Part shown: positions 61,137-64,000 of the stretch, one piece after another
Numbering within the stretch: position 1 is the first letter of the stretch
How the letters are laid out: every line of letters begins with the position of its first letter
NCBI GenBank assembly: GCA_963727525.1
Contig: CAVSGO010000007.1
Location: 1,824,001-1,888,000, forward strand
Direction: 5' to 3'
Length of the DNA stretch: 64,000 nt
DNA from: an uncultured bacterium
Lineage (GTDB): Bacteria > Krumholzibacteriota > Krumholzibacteriia > LZORAL124-64-63
Made by a program: the position numbers and the translations under genes
The notes under the pieces: model-generated
Seen by the model: only the letters and a program-made list of their open reading frames with translations
Told to the model about the DNA's origin: nothing
Database searches by the model: none

Positions 61137-62773
61137 AACTCAATGCGTGCGGCGGGCGCGCCGTCGGCGGTAGTGAAGCTGCCACCGGCGTAGAGCACGC
61201 CATTGTCGGAGTAGAGAGCGCGCACGGTGCCATCCAAGCCGCCGCCGAGGGCGTGCCACGCATTGCCGTCGTAGGCGGCCACGCGATTGGCGGGCACGCC
61301 ATCGAAACTGGTGAAGGCGCCGCCGGCAATCAGCTCGCCCTCGTGCACCACCAGTGCCCAGACCGAGTTGCCGGGCGCGCCGGCGCCGGACCAGCCGACG
61401 CCGTCCCAGCGCTGGATGCGGTCGACGCCGAAGCTCTGGTCCGTACCCGCGTAGAGGTCGCCATCGTACACGGCGAGCGCCCGCACGTCGTTGCCCACGC
61501 CGCCGCCCACGCGGTGCCACGCGTCACCGTCCCAGCGCACGACGTTGGTGCATTTGCCCTGGCCCTCGATCACCGAGGGCAGACGGATGTTCTCGCCACC
61601 TGCGATCACGTCGCCGTCGTAGGTGACGAGGGCGTGGATCCAGTGGCGGTTGAACGTGGTCATACCGATGCCACCCCCCAGGTGCACCCACTCGCCATCG
61701 TCCCAGCGCACGATGCCGTTGGCGAAGAACCCGCTGACATACAGCTCGCCGCCGATGTTGGCGATGGCGTTGATCCCGTCGGTGAAGTCGCCGCCCTGCG
61801 GAGGTTGCCAGGTGGCATTCTCGTAGGCGCGCACCCGCCAGTGCGTCGCGCCGTCGTACTCGCGGCACACGGTGTAAAGCGTTTCGCCCAGCGTGCCCAT
61901 GCTCATGACGTAGCGATCGGCGGAGGGATCACCGCATGGGTCGTAGCTATCGCCGGCGTGCAGGACGAGACCGCGCGACTCCTGCCCGTCGGCATACTGG
62001 AAGCTGCCACCGACGAAGAGGTTGCCGACCCCAGGCTCGAAGCACTCCACCCAGCCGAGCGTGAGGCCCGCGCCGAAGGCGGCCGTGCCCTCGTCCTCGC
62101 TCCAGGCCGTATGGCCCCAGGTCTCGGCGATAGGTCCGGGGGGATCGAAGGAGAAGTCACCACCGAAGTGGAGCCGACCACCATACGAGGTCAGCGCGTG
62201 GACCTCGTCCTCGAGATCCCAGCCGGGCGTGCCGGCGGGCCGTACCCACTGGAGTCCCTCCCAGCGCATGAACGGGGTGAAGGGTACGTTGACGTCTCCG
62301 GTGGGCAAGTTGCCGCCGACATAGATGTGACCATCGTGATATGCGGCGCACAACGGCTCGTCCGGCAGGCCCGGCAAGGCGTGCCAGGCACCGTCCCAGC
62401 TGGCGCAGCGTACGATCTCCTCGCAATCCACTTCCCAGAACGGACCACCCACGACGACAGCCTGCTGCAAGCCGAGGACGAAGTTTGGAATGGTGTTGAT
62501 GCCGGCCCCCATCGGTTCCCAGTACCGGCCGTTCCAGATCGCCACATGGGACGAAGGCTGGCCGCCGGCCGACTCGAACCAGCCGCCGACCACCGCGTTG
62601 CCTTGCCATTCCGTGAGGCAATAGCCCTCCCCGTCGTACCCGGACGGCCCCACGAGACCCATGGGCGCGAATTGCCACGACCAGTACTGGGCCACGGTGG
62701 GCGCCGCGAAGGCGAGTCCGAGCCAGACACATAAGACGTGGGCCCACCGAGATCCAGCGAGACGGGAACCCAT
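61137..62773 (-). pseudogene. Secreted beta-propeller repeat protein interrupted by the IS
   Basis: Signal peptide; repeated WDG.W..LG.G...V.AL..Y.G.LY.GG.F units; reading frame runs into the IS right end. Confidence 0.8.
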
Positions 62774-62934
62774 GGCACGACCTCCGGGAGGCATCATGAA
62801 CACCGAGTTGCAGCTCTCAAGATCATGAGACGCGGCCGGAGCACCGCCATCACGGCAAGCCGCTCTTTCGGCGCATCCGCCGTGGCAGTACATTGCCCGC
62901 CTGAACGCCACGCCACGCCACCCGAGGAGCCCCC

Positions 62935-64000
62935 ATGGCCAACCCCGCGAGCTCGGCCCGCGACGATCTGGTCACCGCGCCCATCCCTCAACTCGTGCGC
63001 AGACTGGCGATCCCGGCGTCGATCGGCTTCTTCTTCAACACGATGTACAACGTGGTGGACACGTTCTACGCCGGGCGCCTGTCCACGGACGCCCTGGCCG
63101 CGCTCTCGCTGACGTTTCCCATCTTCTTCGTGCTCGTGGCCGTGGGGTCGGGCTTCTCCACGGGTGCCACGGCGCTCATCGGCCATGCCCTCGGGCAGGG
63201 CGATCGGCGGCAGGCTGCGCTCACGGCCTCGCAGGGGGTGGTGCTGGGCGGGCTGGTGAGCGCGGTGGTGATGGTGGCGGGCTACCTGGCGGCGCCCGCG
63301 CTTTTTCGGCTGCTCGGTGCGCGCGATGCCTACCTCGGCCTATGCTTGCAGTACCTGCACGTGATCCTGGCCGGCGCCGTGGTGGTGCAGACGTTCTACA
63401 TGCTCAACGGCGTGCTCAACGCCCAGGGCGACACGCACTCGTTCCGCGACTACCTGCTGGTGGCCACGCTGGTCAACATCGGGCTCGACCCCTGGTTCAT
63501 GTACGGCGGCGCCGGATTGCCGGCGATGGGCATCGGCGGCATCGCCCTGGCCACGGTGGTGGCACAGACTGGCGGCATGGTATTCCTAGCCATCCGCGCG
63601 CGCCGCACGGGGTTGCTGAGCCGCGCCAGTGGCGCCCAGTGGACGCCGCACCGCAACGTGCTGCGCGCCATTCTGGGCCAGGGGATCCCGGCGAGTCTGA
63701 ACATGATGACGGTGGCCCTCGGCATCTTCATCATCACCTACTTCCTCAGCGGCTTCGGGCAGTCGGCGGTGGCGGCCTACGGTGTGGCCACGCGCGTCGA
63801 GCAGATCGTATTGCTGCCGACGCTGGGGCTGAACGTGGCCGCGCTCACGCTGGCGGCGCAGAACGGTGGGGCCGGCCGGATCGATCGGGTGCGCACGGCG
63901 GTGCGCACATCTCTCCTGTACGGGGCCGGTGTGATGGTGATGGGATCGGCCCTGGTGTTCTTCGGCGCGCCGTTTCTCATGCACCTGTTCACCCAGGACA
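62935..64000 (+). CDS. MATE family efflux transporter (3' end beyond window)
   Basis: Manual translation: LAIPASIGFFFNTMYNVVDTFYAGRL, NIGLDPWF and AAYGVATRVE; GAGGAG RBS. Confidence 0.92.
   Translation, partial: MANPASSARDDLVTAPIPQLVRRLAIPASIGFFFNTMYNVVDTFYAGRLSTDALAALSLTFPIFFVLVAVGSGFSTGATALIGHALGQGDRRQAALTASQGVVLGGLVSAVVMVAGYLAAPALFRLLGARDAYLGLCLQYLHVILAGAVVVQTFYMLNGVLNAQGDTHSFRDYLLVATLVNIGLDPWFMYGGAGLPAMGIGGIALATVVAQTGGMVFLAIRARRTGLLSRASGAQWTPHRNVLRAILGQGIPASLNMMTVALGIFIITYFLSGFGQSAVAAYGVATRVEQIVLLPTLGLNVAALTLAAQNGGAGRIDRVRTAVRTSLLYGAGVMVMGSALVFFGAPFLMHLFTQD

Overview
GC-rich bacterial chromosomal window. Several secreted proteins end in NYPNPFNP...FlgD-type C-terminal tails, which suggests an FCB-group lineage such as Krumholzibacteriota/Latescibacterota (inference only). 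Main contents: (1) Two UGA-recoded selenoproteins that the ORF track splits. One is a lipoprotein multiheme c-type cytochrome (1-1298, minus; G-U-GGE motif, SECIS-like hairpin, at least 9 CXXCH plus 2 spaced motifs) lying downstream of a TetR gene. The other is a PrxU-type peroxiredoxin (57783-58493). (2) A MarR / HybA-like FeS / NrfD-HybB / 13-heme cytochrome operon with no catalytic subunit. (3) Housekeeping blocks: queG, queF, guaB-hpt-udk, nupC, dgt, a biotin carboxyltransferase pair, korAB, glgC, recQ, ClC and MATE. (4) Mobile DNA: a 180-bp hairpin MITE-like element, and a 1.2-kb IS with 19-bp TIRs whose removal restores one in-frame ORF joining a secreted beta-propeller to a SIR2-like domain. 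(5) Many genes collapsed by internal deletions (glgA, a FlgD-tail paralog, a YfiR/receiver/CHASE8/Hpt mosaic, DUF4332, a sensor-kinase stub), plus two G-homopolymer frameshifts. No rRNA, tRNA or CRISPR array was recognised.
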